A stretch of DNA of 64,000 bases, taken from an uncultured Gammaproteobacteria bacterium. Lineage in GTDB: Bacteria > Patescibacteriota > Patescibacteriia > Magasanikbacterales > GWA2-37-8. Below, one piece after another: positions 1-8,531 of this stretch. Location: contig CAZWKA010000007.1 in the NCBI GenBank assembly GCA_964634875.1, forward strand, positions 1,649 to 65,648, in the 5' to 3' direction. Position 1 is the stretch's first letter, and each line of letters begins with the position of its first letter. Made by a program: the position numbers and the translations under genes. A model generated the notes under the pieces. It worked only from the letters and a program-made list of their open reading frames with translations, was not told the origin of the DNA and made no database searches.

Positions 1-326
1 GTCGCAAGCACGACCCAAAGATGGTGGTAAAAACTAAAAGTCCTTTTTTCAGGAAAAACATGAACAAAATACCAGATAGTCACAGCGATACCAATGCCCG
101 AAACATAGATCGAGCGCATGAGGACGCTGGCGTATTGGATAGGGACGTTGCGGAAAAGAAACAAAAGAATCGACCAAGCGGTGAGGGAGAAAGCGAAGGC
201 AGTAAACGAAAGGTTAACCCTGTTCTTAGGATCATTCACGAGAATAAAAATACTCATGATGAAATTGAAGATGCCTAAGAAGAGCAAAAGATAGTCTGGA
301 AAAGAAAGTTGTGCGATTGAAAACAT
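1..326 (-). CDS. Partial CDS (N-terminus; continues off the window start): polytopic membrane protein, possibly a sensor-type protein. Translation MFSIAQLSFPDYLLLFLGIFNFIMSIFILVNDPKNRVNLSFTAFAFSLTAWSILLFLFR...
   Basis: ATG at 326 on the minus strand opens a reading frame with no stop down to position 1. It encodes consecutive hydrophobic helices. The region is low-GC like the native genes. The plus-strand ORF 21..278 is its exact antisense. Confidence 0.35.
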   Translation of the reverse strand, partial: MFSIAQLSFPDYLLLFLGIFNFIMSIFILVNDPKNRVNLSFTAFAFSLTAWSILLFLFRNVPIQYASVLMRSIYVSGIGIAVTIWYFVHVFPEKRTFSFYHHLWVVLA

Positions 327-337
327 ATTTTCTTCTG

Positions 338-410
338 AAAAAAGAAGAAGCCGGTGTGCGCTTATACTTCTGAAGTGCTTGCGCACGACAGTAGTATAGC
401 ACACACCGGC
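338..410 (-). terminator. Rho-independent terminator downstream of the FabH-like cassette, on the minus strand
   Basis: Nested GC-rich hairpin gccggtgtg...gcgcacaccggc, followed on the minus strand by ttcttctttttt. Confidence 0.5.
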
Positions 411-442
411 CAGGAGTGGACAGGGTGAAGAGAAGGTCGTGA

Positions 443-1582
443 TTAGATCACCATGACGCCGTAGCCTAACATGGCACCGAGGCCGGCGCCGACCAGTAGG
501 AAGACGACCAAGTCTCCCTCGTTCACGAGACCCAGCTCGAAATCCTCCTCAAGCAGGAGGAACGTGCTGGCACACGTAGTGTTCCCGAACCGCTCGATGT
601 TAGTGGGGACTTTTCGCGGATCGAGCTTGAGCGCATCGACAGCATCCTGAATTCGCCACCTGTTTGCCTGGTGGAAATAGACGCGCTTGACCCGATCGAA
701 CGAGAACGGGTAGCCGAGAACGGGCTCAACTTGGACAGCCCAGTCTTCCTTGAGATCCTCGACCGCCTTCAGGATCGACGGGACAAAGATCTCACCCACG
801 AGTGGGGCATTCATCCTATAGAGCTGATCGAACAAGTTCGAGGCGCGGGGAGGATTACCCGAACCACCGGAACCGTAGGTCACGAGCTCGTGCTCGAGCG
901 TACGTTCACGCGCAGCCAAGAGGCCGCGCGGCTTCTGACCACTCGAACTATCAACCTCCACAATCTTGAAAACCGAGGTCGAAGCACCACTCGCGAAGAC
1001 CAGCGACCCCCAAGCCCACGGATCAGGATGCATCCGTAAGCGCTCTTCCACTTCCTCATCACCAAGAACCACGCCTTCAACGGCGTTCGAGAGGATGAAG
1101 ATAACATACTTGAACATGCGCGAGGCGGCATGGATGAGAATCTCGTGCAGCCCCCACGCGACCGCGGCGCAACCGAGATCCTGCTCAAGAGGATGTGCCT
1201 TACGCAAACCCACCCTGCTCAGAATCTTGCCGAAAGACGTACAGAGGTGCAGATCTTCAAAAGTGCACCCAAGACGCACCACGAGGGTGTGTCTCTGGTT
1301 GAGCTCATCAAGAGGGATCCCTGACTTACGGATAGCCTCTTGAGTCGCCTCAACGCACATTTGGGTGTCATTCCGACCACCCTGCTCGTAGGTCAGGGTC
1401 TGGCCGTTCTCATCAATCTGATGGCAGATTGTCCGAGGACCAAAGAGGTCGTACACCTTCGGAGCCGTTATCAGCTTCCCCTTGTGAGCGGGACGCGAGC
1501 GCCGCAGCGAACTCGCAACAGGGATCGGCTGAGGAAGGAATTTCCCCATCCCAATCAGATGAATCTCAGTTCGCGTAGCCAT
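443..1582 (-). CDS. 3-oxoacyl-ACP synthase III (FabH / KAS III) family ketosynthase. GC-rich foreign cassette.
   Basis: Catalytic Cys motif DLGCAAVAWGL, His motif HQANRWRI and Asn motif GNTTCAS match the FabH triad. The start at 1582 is preceded by AAAGGAG with 7-nt spacing. High GC compared with neighbouring genes. Confidence 0.75.
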   Translation of the reverse strand: MATRTEIHLIGMGKFLPQPIPVASSLRRSRPAHKGKLITAPKVYDLFGPRTICHQIDENGQTLTYEQGGRNDTQMCVEATQEAIRKSGIPLDELNQRHTLVVRLGCTFEDLHLCTSFGKILSRVGLRKAHPLEQDLGCAAVAWGLHEILIHAASRMFKYVIFILSNAVEGVVLGDEEVEERLRMHPDPWAWGSLVFASGASTSVFKIVEVDSSSGQKPRGLLAARERTLEHELVTYGSGGSGNPPRASNLFDQLYRMNAPLVGEIFVPSILKAVEDLKEDWAVQVEPVLGYPFSFDRVKRVYFHQANRWRIQDAVDALKLDPRKVPTNIERFGNTTCASTFLLLEEDFELGLVNEGDLVVFLLVGAGLGAMLGYGVMVI

Positions 1583-1932
1583 GATCAGGCTCCTTTTGCG
1601 AAGGCGGTGCCGATCACGGCAGCCTTTTGGTAAATATCTCGTTTCCCCTCCCACATAGTGGAGGGGTTGAGGAAGCGTGCTGCCATTATGAAATCCTCCT
1701 GGGCTGGGGTGGACAAGGCATTACCAGTTTTTTCCCACTCTGGGACTTGGACGAGAAGGGACCGGCTGTTTCCCTTCACTTTTTTCCTAAAACTCATCAG
1801 AAAAAAAATAAAAGGAACATCCAGTCCCGTTTATTGCTTTTTAAAGAGCGTGGCAAAGTTATGTAGAAAACTTAGACATGGCCGAATACAGCCCTTTACC
1901 CTATCTCAAAAAGGCCTTTTTGGCAAGGGTGC

Positions 1933-2679
1933 TTATCCCCGCGCGATGACCAATCCCCAAACCTCTTGAGTACCAGCATTTTTTAAAACCCGAGCACATT
2001 CTAACATCGTGCTTCCAGTAGTAAAAACATCATCAAGAAGTACTACTCGTTCTGGTGCAACATTCTTTTGCCAGCAAAAGGCTTCTTTCAAATTTTGCCG
2101 CCGTTCGACCCCGTTTAAGCGGGCCTGCTGCGGAGTGTCTTTTATCCGGTAAAGCCCGTCAACAAGTAGTTGAACACCAGAATCCTCACCTAACACGCTA
2201 ACAAGATGTGTCCCCAACACCTGTGCTTGATTAAAGCCCCGGCGTAGTTCGCGCTTGGGATGGAGCGGCACAGGAATTATGGAGACCGATTTTTGCGTCA
2301 CATCGCCAGCTGTAAGCCACGGAGGTTTGTGTTCGGTCAAATAATCTTTGAATATTTTTACCCAAACCTGTCCGGAATCCGCTGCCCCTTGGTACTTGAG
2401 CGCCTTAATAAGCTTGGCGGGAGGAGCTGTTTCATCATAGTTAAACAAAGCCGTCAGCCCAAGAAGCGGACTGACGGCACTGCATGAATTACAAATTTTT
2501 CCCTGAGTAGTCGGCACGCTACACACCGGACACGATACTTCACTTAAAAAAGGATATTGTTTTTGGCAAACAACACACCACCACTGACCCTCGCTCGAAC
2601 AACTGACGCAAAAAACAGGAAACAGCACTGACGCAAGATACTTATGGAGATCCTTAAAAAACATAGAGCCGAAAATCAA
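1933..2679 (-). CDS. comFC: ComF family protein (ComFC-like: N-terminal double zinc ribbon plus phosphoribosyltransferase domain)
   Basis: Four CxxC pairs at the N-terminus. C-terminal PRTase motif VVLLDDVFTTGSTM. Confidence 0.8.
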   Translation of the reverse strand: MIFGSMFFKDLHKYLASVLFPVFCVSCSSEGQWWCVVCQKQYPFLSEVSCPVCSVPTTQGKICNSCSAVSPLLGLTALFNYDETAPPAKLIKALKYQGAADSGQVWVKIFKDYLTEHKPPWLTAGDVTQKSVSIIPVPLHPKRELRRGFNQAQVLGTHLVSVLGEDSGVQLLVDGLYRIKDTPQQARLNGVERRQNLKEAFCWQKNVAPERVVLLDDVFTTGSTMLECARVLKNAGTQEVWGLVIARG

Positions 2680-2700
2680 GCGGAGCGACTTCCTTATTTC

Positions 2701-3294
2701 TTATTTTTCCCAAACGAAATTGCTTACGAGCCACGACGAACCTGAGCGCACCATGGTAACGGTAATATTTTGCTGGGAAGTGGTGGTCGCACCATCCTTC
2801 TGCTGCGTACGGACAGTTTTAAAATATAATTCAGCCGTATCAGGCGTCCACGCTTTCATTTCCATTGTAACGACCTGAGTAGTAACACCTACAAAACTAG
2901 TAGCAGGGGTCGTGCTTTGAGGCTTGATCCGCTGCCAAACTTCTGGCGTTACCAACACCTGAACCTCAGTAACGTTTTGACTGTTATTATCACTGGAATA
3001 CGTACCATACCGCTCCACAAAAACACGGGCGAGTTGTTTTACCCCATTTTGAAGGATTTCTTCAGAACTTGCCTGGCGGACCGGAAGACCCGCAGGAATT
3101 TCGGTAGGCTGTTGGGTTGAGCCGGTCGGGATGCCACCCTGGCCGTCTGGAGGCAGCAGCGTGTCACCTGCCGGGTTTTGTCCGGGAGTTTCTTTGTTTG
3201 CCCGAGAGCGGATAAACAAGGCGACACCTACCACTGCTATAACAAGCACAACGATACCAACGATGATAAAGATGCGAGAGCGCAAGGAAAGCAT
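2701..3294 (-). CDS. Hypothetical membrane-anchored protein at the end of the type IV secretion system (T4SS)-like operon (single N-terminal TM helix plus about 160-aa extracytoplasmic domain)
   Basis: N-terminal segment IFIIVGIVVLVIAVVGVALFI. Co-directional with and immediately downstream of VirB4. Confidence 0.5.
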   Translation of the reverse strand: MLSLRSRIFIIVGIVVLVIAVVGVALFIRSRANKETPGQNPAGDTLLPPDGQGGIPTGSTQQPTEIPAGLPVRQASSEEILQNGVKQLARVFVERYGTYSSDNNSQNVTEVQVLVTPEVWQRIKPQSTTPATSFVGVTTQVVTMEMKAWTPDTAELYFKTVRTQQKDGATTTSQQNITVTMVRSGSSWLVSNFVWEK

Positions 3295-3318
3295 AGGGAG
3301 AAAATTAGATAGTAGGAA

Positions 3319-5199
3319 TTAATGGGCGTTTTGCTGATCAAATTCTTTTTTCGCCTTCTCGATATCCAAAAGCTGCTGGGGATTAGTGGTAACAATCTGG
3401 TCTTCGGTATACGAAGCCACTACTTTGATCGCCGCATGCTTAAGACCGGCAAAGAAAATTCCTTCGCCAATACCGCTTTCGAGGAGCAAATATTTTTCGC
3501 TATCGGTCAGCAAGAACACTTTTTGGATCAGATCAATGGCTGCAGGCGACTGGCGCATGAGGAGCTGCAAGGACGAGCTGGTTACGATCGCTTGGCCATA
3601 CTGTGACTTAAGGAAATCATTCACATCCTGAGTGATGGTCGTTACACCCAAGAAGTATTTACGGCAGCGTTTGACGAGCGCATAAATAAACTTGGCACTA
3701 TCTTCATGCTGCATAAGCCACCACGCCTCATCAATAACCAGAATACGTTTTTTGCGCTCACTCCGGACGACATTCCAAATATAGTTCACAATAGCGTAAA
3801 TAGCCAATGGACGGAGTTCATCTTCCAAATCACGAACACTGAAAACAACAAGCTGGTTACGCATGTCGACGTTAGTCGGTGAATTAAAGAGACCGCTAAA
3901 GGTACCCTCGGTAAACTTTTGGAGTTTCAAAACCAGGTCTGCCGAACCCTCCATGCCTTCCAGGATTTCCTGGAGATCCTGCATGATGGGGGCTTGGATA
4001 GTATTTAAATCAGCTTCGGCCGTAATGTCCTTCTTGGCATACGTTTCAATCAGGGCCCGGTCAACAATCGAATCTTCTTGTGTGGTTATACCCCCAAGCA
4101 TAATACGCAGCAAACCTTTGACGGTAATGACTGCACCGCGAATAATATCTTCGGTGGAAAAATCCTTGCCTGTTGGCCGCGGCAGATCAAAAGGGTTAAT
4201 TTTACTTTCGCTCGACAAGGAAATATTGATGTACGTTCCACCCACCGCATCGGACAAATGTTTATATTCCATTTCTGGGTCAATGATGATAACATCAATA
4301 CCCATCATGAGGCTACGCAATATTTCCAATTTGATCGCATAACTTTTACCAGCACCAGAGGTAGCAAATACTACCATGTTGGCATTTTGCAAAGAAAACC
4401 GATCAAACAAAATCAAGCTATTATTGTGGCGGTTAATACCGTATAAAATTCCATCATCGCTCGTCAGCTCAGCTGAAATAAATGGGAACGAGGCAGCAAT
4501 TGGCGAGGAGTTCATGTTAAACGAGATCATCAGCTCGTCATTACACAGCGGCAGCGTTGAATTGAAGCCTTGTTCACCCTGGAACAAAACCTTGCGACTG
4601 CTAATGAGCTTGGCACCGAAAATACCTTCAATGTCCTCGGAGATTTGATCTAATTTTTCTTTAGTTTCGGCGTAGATAGTAACGTAAAAAGCAAATTGGA
4701 AGAAGTGCTCGACACCCTGAGTCAGGTTATCACGAAGCTGTTCAACATCGCGCAGCGCCGTCTCGCGCAGCGGGTCACGAGGGGCACCTTTATCAGCATC
4801 AGCATTAATCTGGGCTTCAAGCGCACCAACTTTGTTCTTGAGCTGCTTTAAAATGATCTCCGACTTAACCGGATAAAAGAACATGCTGATATCCATGGTG
4901 ATCGAAAGATTGATGACCGGCGAGCTCCATCCAATTGAAATATACCGAGGGTAAGAAACGACAAAAATAGTCCGGCAAAAGACTGTGCCGACCTGCAAAA
5001 AATTCGTTTCAACATTAAACGCTGCCGGGGCGATCAGGTCTCGGATCGAAACAACGCCTTCGCGGTAGATCCGCTCTTCTTCAAGCGTAATTAACTCCTC
5101 CTGCTCTTTCTTTTTGAGCACACCTTCTTCGCTCGCCAACTTTTTTCGGGCAGCGGAGTCGTCATTTTTACTATTGAGAAATTTTGGTTTAAAAGCCAT
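3319..5199 (-). CDS. virB4: VirB4/TrbE/CagE-family type IV secretion ATPase, Gram-positive-type (626 aa)
   Basis: Walker A motif FATSGAGKS. Walker B / 'DEAW' motif ILVIDEAWWL. Overall VirB4 architecture. Confidence 0.85.
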   Translation of the reverse strand: MAFKPKFLNSKNDDSAARKKLASEEGVLKKKEQEELITLEEERIYREGVVSIRDLIAPAAFNVETNFLQVGTVFCRTIFVVSYPRYISIGWSSPVINLSITMDISMFFYPVKSEIILKQLKNKVGALEAQINADADKGAPRDPLRETALRDVEQLRDNLTQGVEHFFQFAFYVTIYAETKEKLDQISEDIEGIFGAKLISSRKVLFQGEQGFNSTLPLCNDELMISFNMNSSPIAASFPFISAELTSDDGILYGINRHNNSLILFDRFSLQNANMVVFATSGAGKSYAIKLEILRSLMMGIDVIIIDPEMEYKHLSDAVGGTYINISLSSESKINPFDLPRPTGKDFSTEDIIRGAVITVKGLLRIMLGGITTQEDSIVDRALIETYAKKDITAEADLNTIQAPIMQDLQEILEGMEGSADLVLKLQKFTEGTFSGLFNSPTNVDMRNQLVVFSVRDLEDELRPLAIYAIVNYIWNVVRSERKKRILVIDEAWWLMQHEDSAKFIYALVKRCRKYFLGVTTITQDVNDFLKSQYGQAIVTSSSLQLLMRQSPAAIDLIQKVFLLTDSEKYLLLESGIGEGIFFAGLKHAAIKVVASYTEDQIVTTNPQQLLDIEKAKKEFDQQNAH

Positions 5200-5263
5200 A
5201 CCTTCATTGGAACACTAGAGCATTAAAACACCAGAACAAAAGGGTGTTTTAATGTTTTCATGA

Positions 5264-5953
5264 TTAAATCCCCTCTTCAACCTGCAGGTCGCTGAGCGCG
5301 GGCAGGTGTTCAGTGAGAGCAATATCTGGGTTATACGTGGAATAATACAACTCGATCAGCGCTTGGGTATCAAGCCTCACAATTGTAAGGCCCATACTTG
5401 ACAAACCGGATTCAATCTGGCGAACACGCATGTCAAGATCGTATTTACGCTGCAAAAACTTTTCTCCTTTAAGATGTATGGCATTTGCAGGATTCAGGAC
5501 TTCAGTAATACGGGTCCAAAAACTTTTTTGGTGGTTAGACACTGGATCATACGGGACAACTACAAAAAATTGTTTACTCATAATTTCACCAAGGCTGATC
5601 AGCTCGGTAACAAATGAGCGATAATCAGCGATCTGAGCACGGAGGAGTTCGTTAACCTGTTCACGCTCTTGTTGTAGGAGCTTGTCGAGGTAAGGTTTGA
5701 TATACAGCTTCCGGCTTTGGATAAGTACTTGAAGCGGATATTCGAGCGAGTTTAAAAATGAAACATACGAAGAAATAATCGCGTTTTGCTCATCTTCATT
5801 TTTGAGGGCAAAATTAATACTTGAAACCAGGAGCACAGCCCGAAGCGTCCCGTCTTTCATGATAACGGTGTCATTCTTAATTTCGCCGATCAAAAGATGG
5901 AGTTGTGACGGGACCAGTTTTTTTTTACTTTTGGCTGCATGTTTGTTTTTCAT
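5264..5953 (-). CDS. VirB4 N-terminal-domain-like protein (CagE/TrbE/VirB N-terminal domain family), encoded as a separate ORF upstream of the ATPase
   Basis: The segment LVPSQLHLLIGEIKNDTVIMKDGTLRAVLLVSSINF resembles the conserved start of VirB4 N-domains (for example the pKM101 TraB segment YLPYIGHLSDHIVLLEDGSIMSIARIDG). A 64-nt gap containing stops separates it from the ATPase ORF. Confidence 0.45.
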   Translation of the reverse strand: MKNKHAAKSKKKLVPSQLHLLIGEIKNDTVIMKDGTLRAVLLVSSINFALKNEDEQNAIISSYVSFLNSLEYPLQVLIQSRKLYIKPYLDKLLQQEREQVNELLRAQIADYRSFVTELISLGEIMSKQFFVVVPYDPVSNHQKSFWTRITEVLNPANAIHLKGEKFLQRKYDLDMRVRQIESGLSSMGLTIVRLDTQALIELYYSTYNPDIALTEHLPALSDLQVEEGI

Positions 5954-5955
5954 AC

Positions 5956-6384
5956 CTAATTTTCAGCCTTATAATAACCACCCGTATTGACCATCAGTGA
6001 CAAATTACGGATACGCATAGCTGGGACTTGCTTCGAGACCGCTTCAACTGCCAGCTCGGCAGCAGGAACCATTTTGCGCAAATCATTCAACTCACCCGTA
6101 GTATAACTTTTATTCCACACTCGACGGCTCGGACGGCGGGCAGCTTGAAAAATATTGAGCAAAAAATAATGGAATGATTGGCCGTTAATTTTGACAAACG
6201 CTAAAATGATCGCAAAACCACCAATCAACGCCAGCGCAGCAATAAACAATGGCGTGTCGGCTAATTTGAAGACAATAAAAAGCAAGAGCCCAGCCACAAG
6301 CAGAATTACAAATTGGCGGGTCGTTATCGGACCAAAAATCTTGTCTTCAACATCAATAAATTGTGGAACGGTAAATTGATTCAT
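5956..6384 (-). CDS. PrgI-family small membrane protein (VirB3 analogue of Gram-positive conjugation systems)
   Basis: VPQFIDVEDKIFGPITTRQFVILLVAGLLLF matches the PrgI-family signature (..KIKEKFIFGLTKRQ..) followed by two TM helices. It sits immediately upstream of VirB4, as in Gram-positive T4SS loci. Confidence 0.6.
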   Translation of the reverse strand: MNQFTVPQFIDVEDKIFGPITTRQFVILLVAGLLLFIVFKLADTPLFIAALALIGGFAIILAFVKINGQSFHYFLLNIFQAARRPSRRVWNKSYTTGELNDLRKMVPAAELAVEAVSKQVPAMRIRNLSLMVNTGGYYKAEN

Positions 6385-6391
6385 GGTAGGG

Positions 6392-7531
6392 CTAGGTTAA
6401 CTCTTTTTCCATGGAAATAAGGGCGTTTATCTCGGCGATCTGGATTTTGTTCTTATCAACCAGGACAGCACTGAGCGGACGGTGCTCAGCCAAACCTTGG
6501 GTTAATGCTTCCATATACGCCAAATATAATGGCGAGGTCTGCCAGGCATGTAGAGCCTGCAAATAAAGCACGATCGATTCATCTCTCAGGTTAGTGAACT
6601 TTTCCTGTAGACGTTTAGCTGCTTCAGTAGGATTAGCAGCTAAACGACGAAAATCAGTTAAGTTAAAGCGGGCAATTTCATCAACCGGACCAACTTCGAG
6701 TGTCACCTGCGCAACATCACGGACTAAAGGTTTTACCACTGGTTGACTACCTAATTTAAGCGGTGCTTCCAGCGGGCGCGGCTGACGCGGAGCAGACCGG
6801 GTCATTACCGGCGCAGGAGAAGGAGGTGGATTTTTTAGGGGAACCCCCTCTTTTTTAAGAGCTATAAGATCTTTAATTTCTAGAGGAGCAGCTGTGGTGG
6901 CGCTCCCCATAAGGGCATCAAACTCTTTGGATGTTTTTTTTGGCAAAACTGCAGAGGGTTGATGTGTAGGGTGTTTGAAGGCATTAAAGGGCGTGCTGAT
7001 GGCCGGGAACTTGGCGGCCTGAACAATAGCAGGCTCAAGTGTTTTCTTGGGTGGCGGCGTGACTGACCCACCAATTTCGAGGTCAGGGACAACAATATTT
7101 TTGGCAGCAATAGTAAACGCTGACGCAGCTGTTTTGGCGGCGGTTGAGCCGTGACCATCGGCCAGCTGCAAAACTTGCTCTTTTTGTTCATCGTTTAAAC
7201 CAAGACCGCCTTCCGCTACCGGCCTCCCCAAAGCGTTTTCGGTTTCAGCGCGGCTGCGGACGTCTTTAAGATACAGCTGGATAATGCTTCGGAAACGATT
7301 TTGGTTGTCGGGCGAAGCAAGCTTGCCAACCTGTTTCATGATCGCTTCGACTTCTACCCCCCGACTGGCGCTGGCAAGCGGAGTTGCAGGAGTTGCAACA
7401 ACCGGGGCAGGTGTTGCAGCCACGGCTTCAGGATTTTTTTTGAGCGCCTGAAGTTCACCGAGGGTCATGCGAACCACCGTTCCATCGGCTTTTTTCACCG
7501 TAACCATGGGTTGTCCAGTAAGAGGCGCCAT
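6392..7531 (-). CDS. Hypothetical T4SS-associated protein with Pro/Ala/Thr-rich low-complexity segments
   Basis: 379-aa ORF in the operon. Repeats such as AATPAPVVATPATP. No recognisable catalytic motifs. Confidence 0.45.
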   Translation of the reverse strand: MAPLTGQPMVTVKKADGTVVRMTLGELQALKKNPEAVAATPAPVVATPATPLASASRGVEVEAIMKQVGKLASPDNQNRFRSIIQLYLKDVRSRAETENALGRPVAEGGLGLNDEQKEQVLQLADGHGSTAAKTAASAFTIAAKNIVVPDLEIGGSVTPPPKKTLEPAIVQAAKFPAISTPFNAFKHPTHQPSAVLPKKTSKEFDALMGSATTAAPLEIKDLIALKKEGVPLKNPPPSPAPVMTRSAPRQPRPLEAPLKLGSQPVVKPLVRDVAQVTLEVGPVDEIARFNLTDFRRLAANPTEAAKRLQEKFTNLRDESIVLYLQALHAWQTSPLYLAYMEALTQGLAEHRPLSAVLVDKNKIQIAEINALISMEKELT

Positions 7532-7532
7532 G

Positions 7533-8519
7533 CTATAGAGCTAAAAGTTCGTCATTCCAATGGAACTGCCCATCGGACTCATTAAAATAATAGAGATCAT
7601 TAATTTTTTCATCCCGGTATTCTTCAGCGAGGTTACTAAGGAGGTTAAAAACTGCTCCCGGGTCAAGAAACTGCCCAGTAGCATCCTTCGTAAAATTAGC
7701 TTCGACATTTTTCTTAATTTCAGCATACGAAATTTTTTCACGAACCGGTTCTGTCGCTGGTGCCGCAAGCGTTTCTGGGCTAAATTGGGGAGCTATGCCT
7801 GCCGATTCATCTGCCCTTGTTTCAAGGGCAGCGGCAAAATTTTCATACCGATCCGGATTAATGTACGCACTTACAACATAGGGAGCTTTTTCAGGCTCAA
7901 CCCCAACGAAAAAATTCACTAAATCAATAAAACGTTCAACCGTTTCATTAGGATTAGCAAAAAAATAGGCATCAAACAACGGGTCATCTTTAACAAAAAA
8001 GATGGTTTGGATCTTGGATGCTATTTCTGCAGCCTCGATAGAGGTAGCCTGCGGACGCTGCATGCGTTTAACCATTTCAACAACTTCCACAACTGTAACA
8101 TTTTTACCGGCCAACGTGCCGACGATTGCCTCTGATGTTAAGAAGGCATTTCGCATATCACTGTACCAACCGCCAACTTCTGCATCATCAGTCGTGCGTA
8201 ACCCAAGATAGTCAAGTAGTCGATAATGCACATCTACATCAAGTAAAAACGCCGTAGGAATCTGCCGTGCACAAGCAACCTCCACTACAGTTGAACCGCG
8301 GAGATTGGTCAACATTTTCCAGGTAAGATCGGTATACCAGCGAAATAAGCTATAAAAATACTTCCGGTCTTCAAGCGCAGACTTATCAGCAAAAAAATCA
8401 TAAAGCTCTTGCCAAGCAAGTTGCATTTTTTTAGGCTCCCGAGAAAGGCCGCGAAAATCTTCTTCGATCTTGGCGATTTCAGCTGGAGTGTTTTTAAATT
8501 GTGGAATGTTGAAGAACAT
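7533..8519 (-). CDS. Hypothetical T4SS-associated protein
   Basis: 328-aa ORF tightly packed between the VirB6-like gene and the 379-aa gene (the start of 6392..7531 lies 2 nt after its stop). Confidence 0.45.
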   Translation of the reverse strand: MFFNIPQFKNTPAEIAKIEEDFRGLSREPKKMQLAWQELYDFFADKSALEDRKYFYSLFRWYTDLTWKMLTNLRGSTVVEVACARQIPTAFLLDVDVHYRLLDYLGLRTTDDAEVGGWYSDMRNAFLTSEAIVGTLAGKNVTVVEVVEMVKRMQRPQATSIEAAEIASKIQTIFFVKDDPLFDAYFFANPNETVERFIDLVNFFVGVEPEKAPYVVSAYINPDRYENFAAALETRADESAGIAPQFSPETLAAPATEPVREKISYAEIKKNVEANFTKDATGQFLDPGAVFNLLSNLAEEYRDEKINDLYYFNESDGQFHWNDELLAL

Positions 8520-8531
8520 TTTTTATTTTTA

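Noticed and set aside
21-278. 85-aa plus-strand ORF (MVVKTKSPFFRKNMNKIPDSH...)
   Set aside because: It is the exact antisense of a more convincing minus-strand hydrophobic reading frame. That frame starts at ATG 326 and continues off the window. The ORF has a highly charged, low-complexity composition and no start context.
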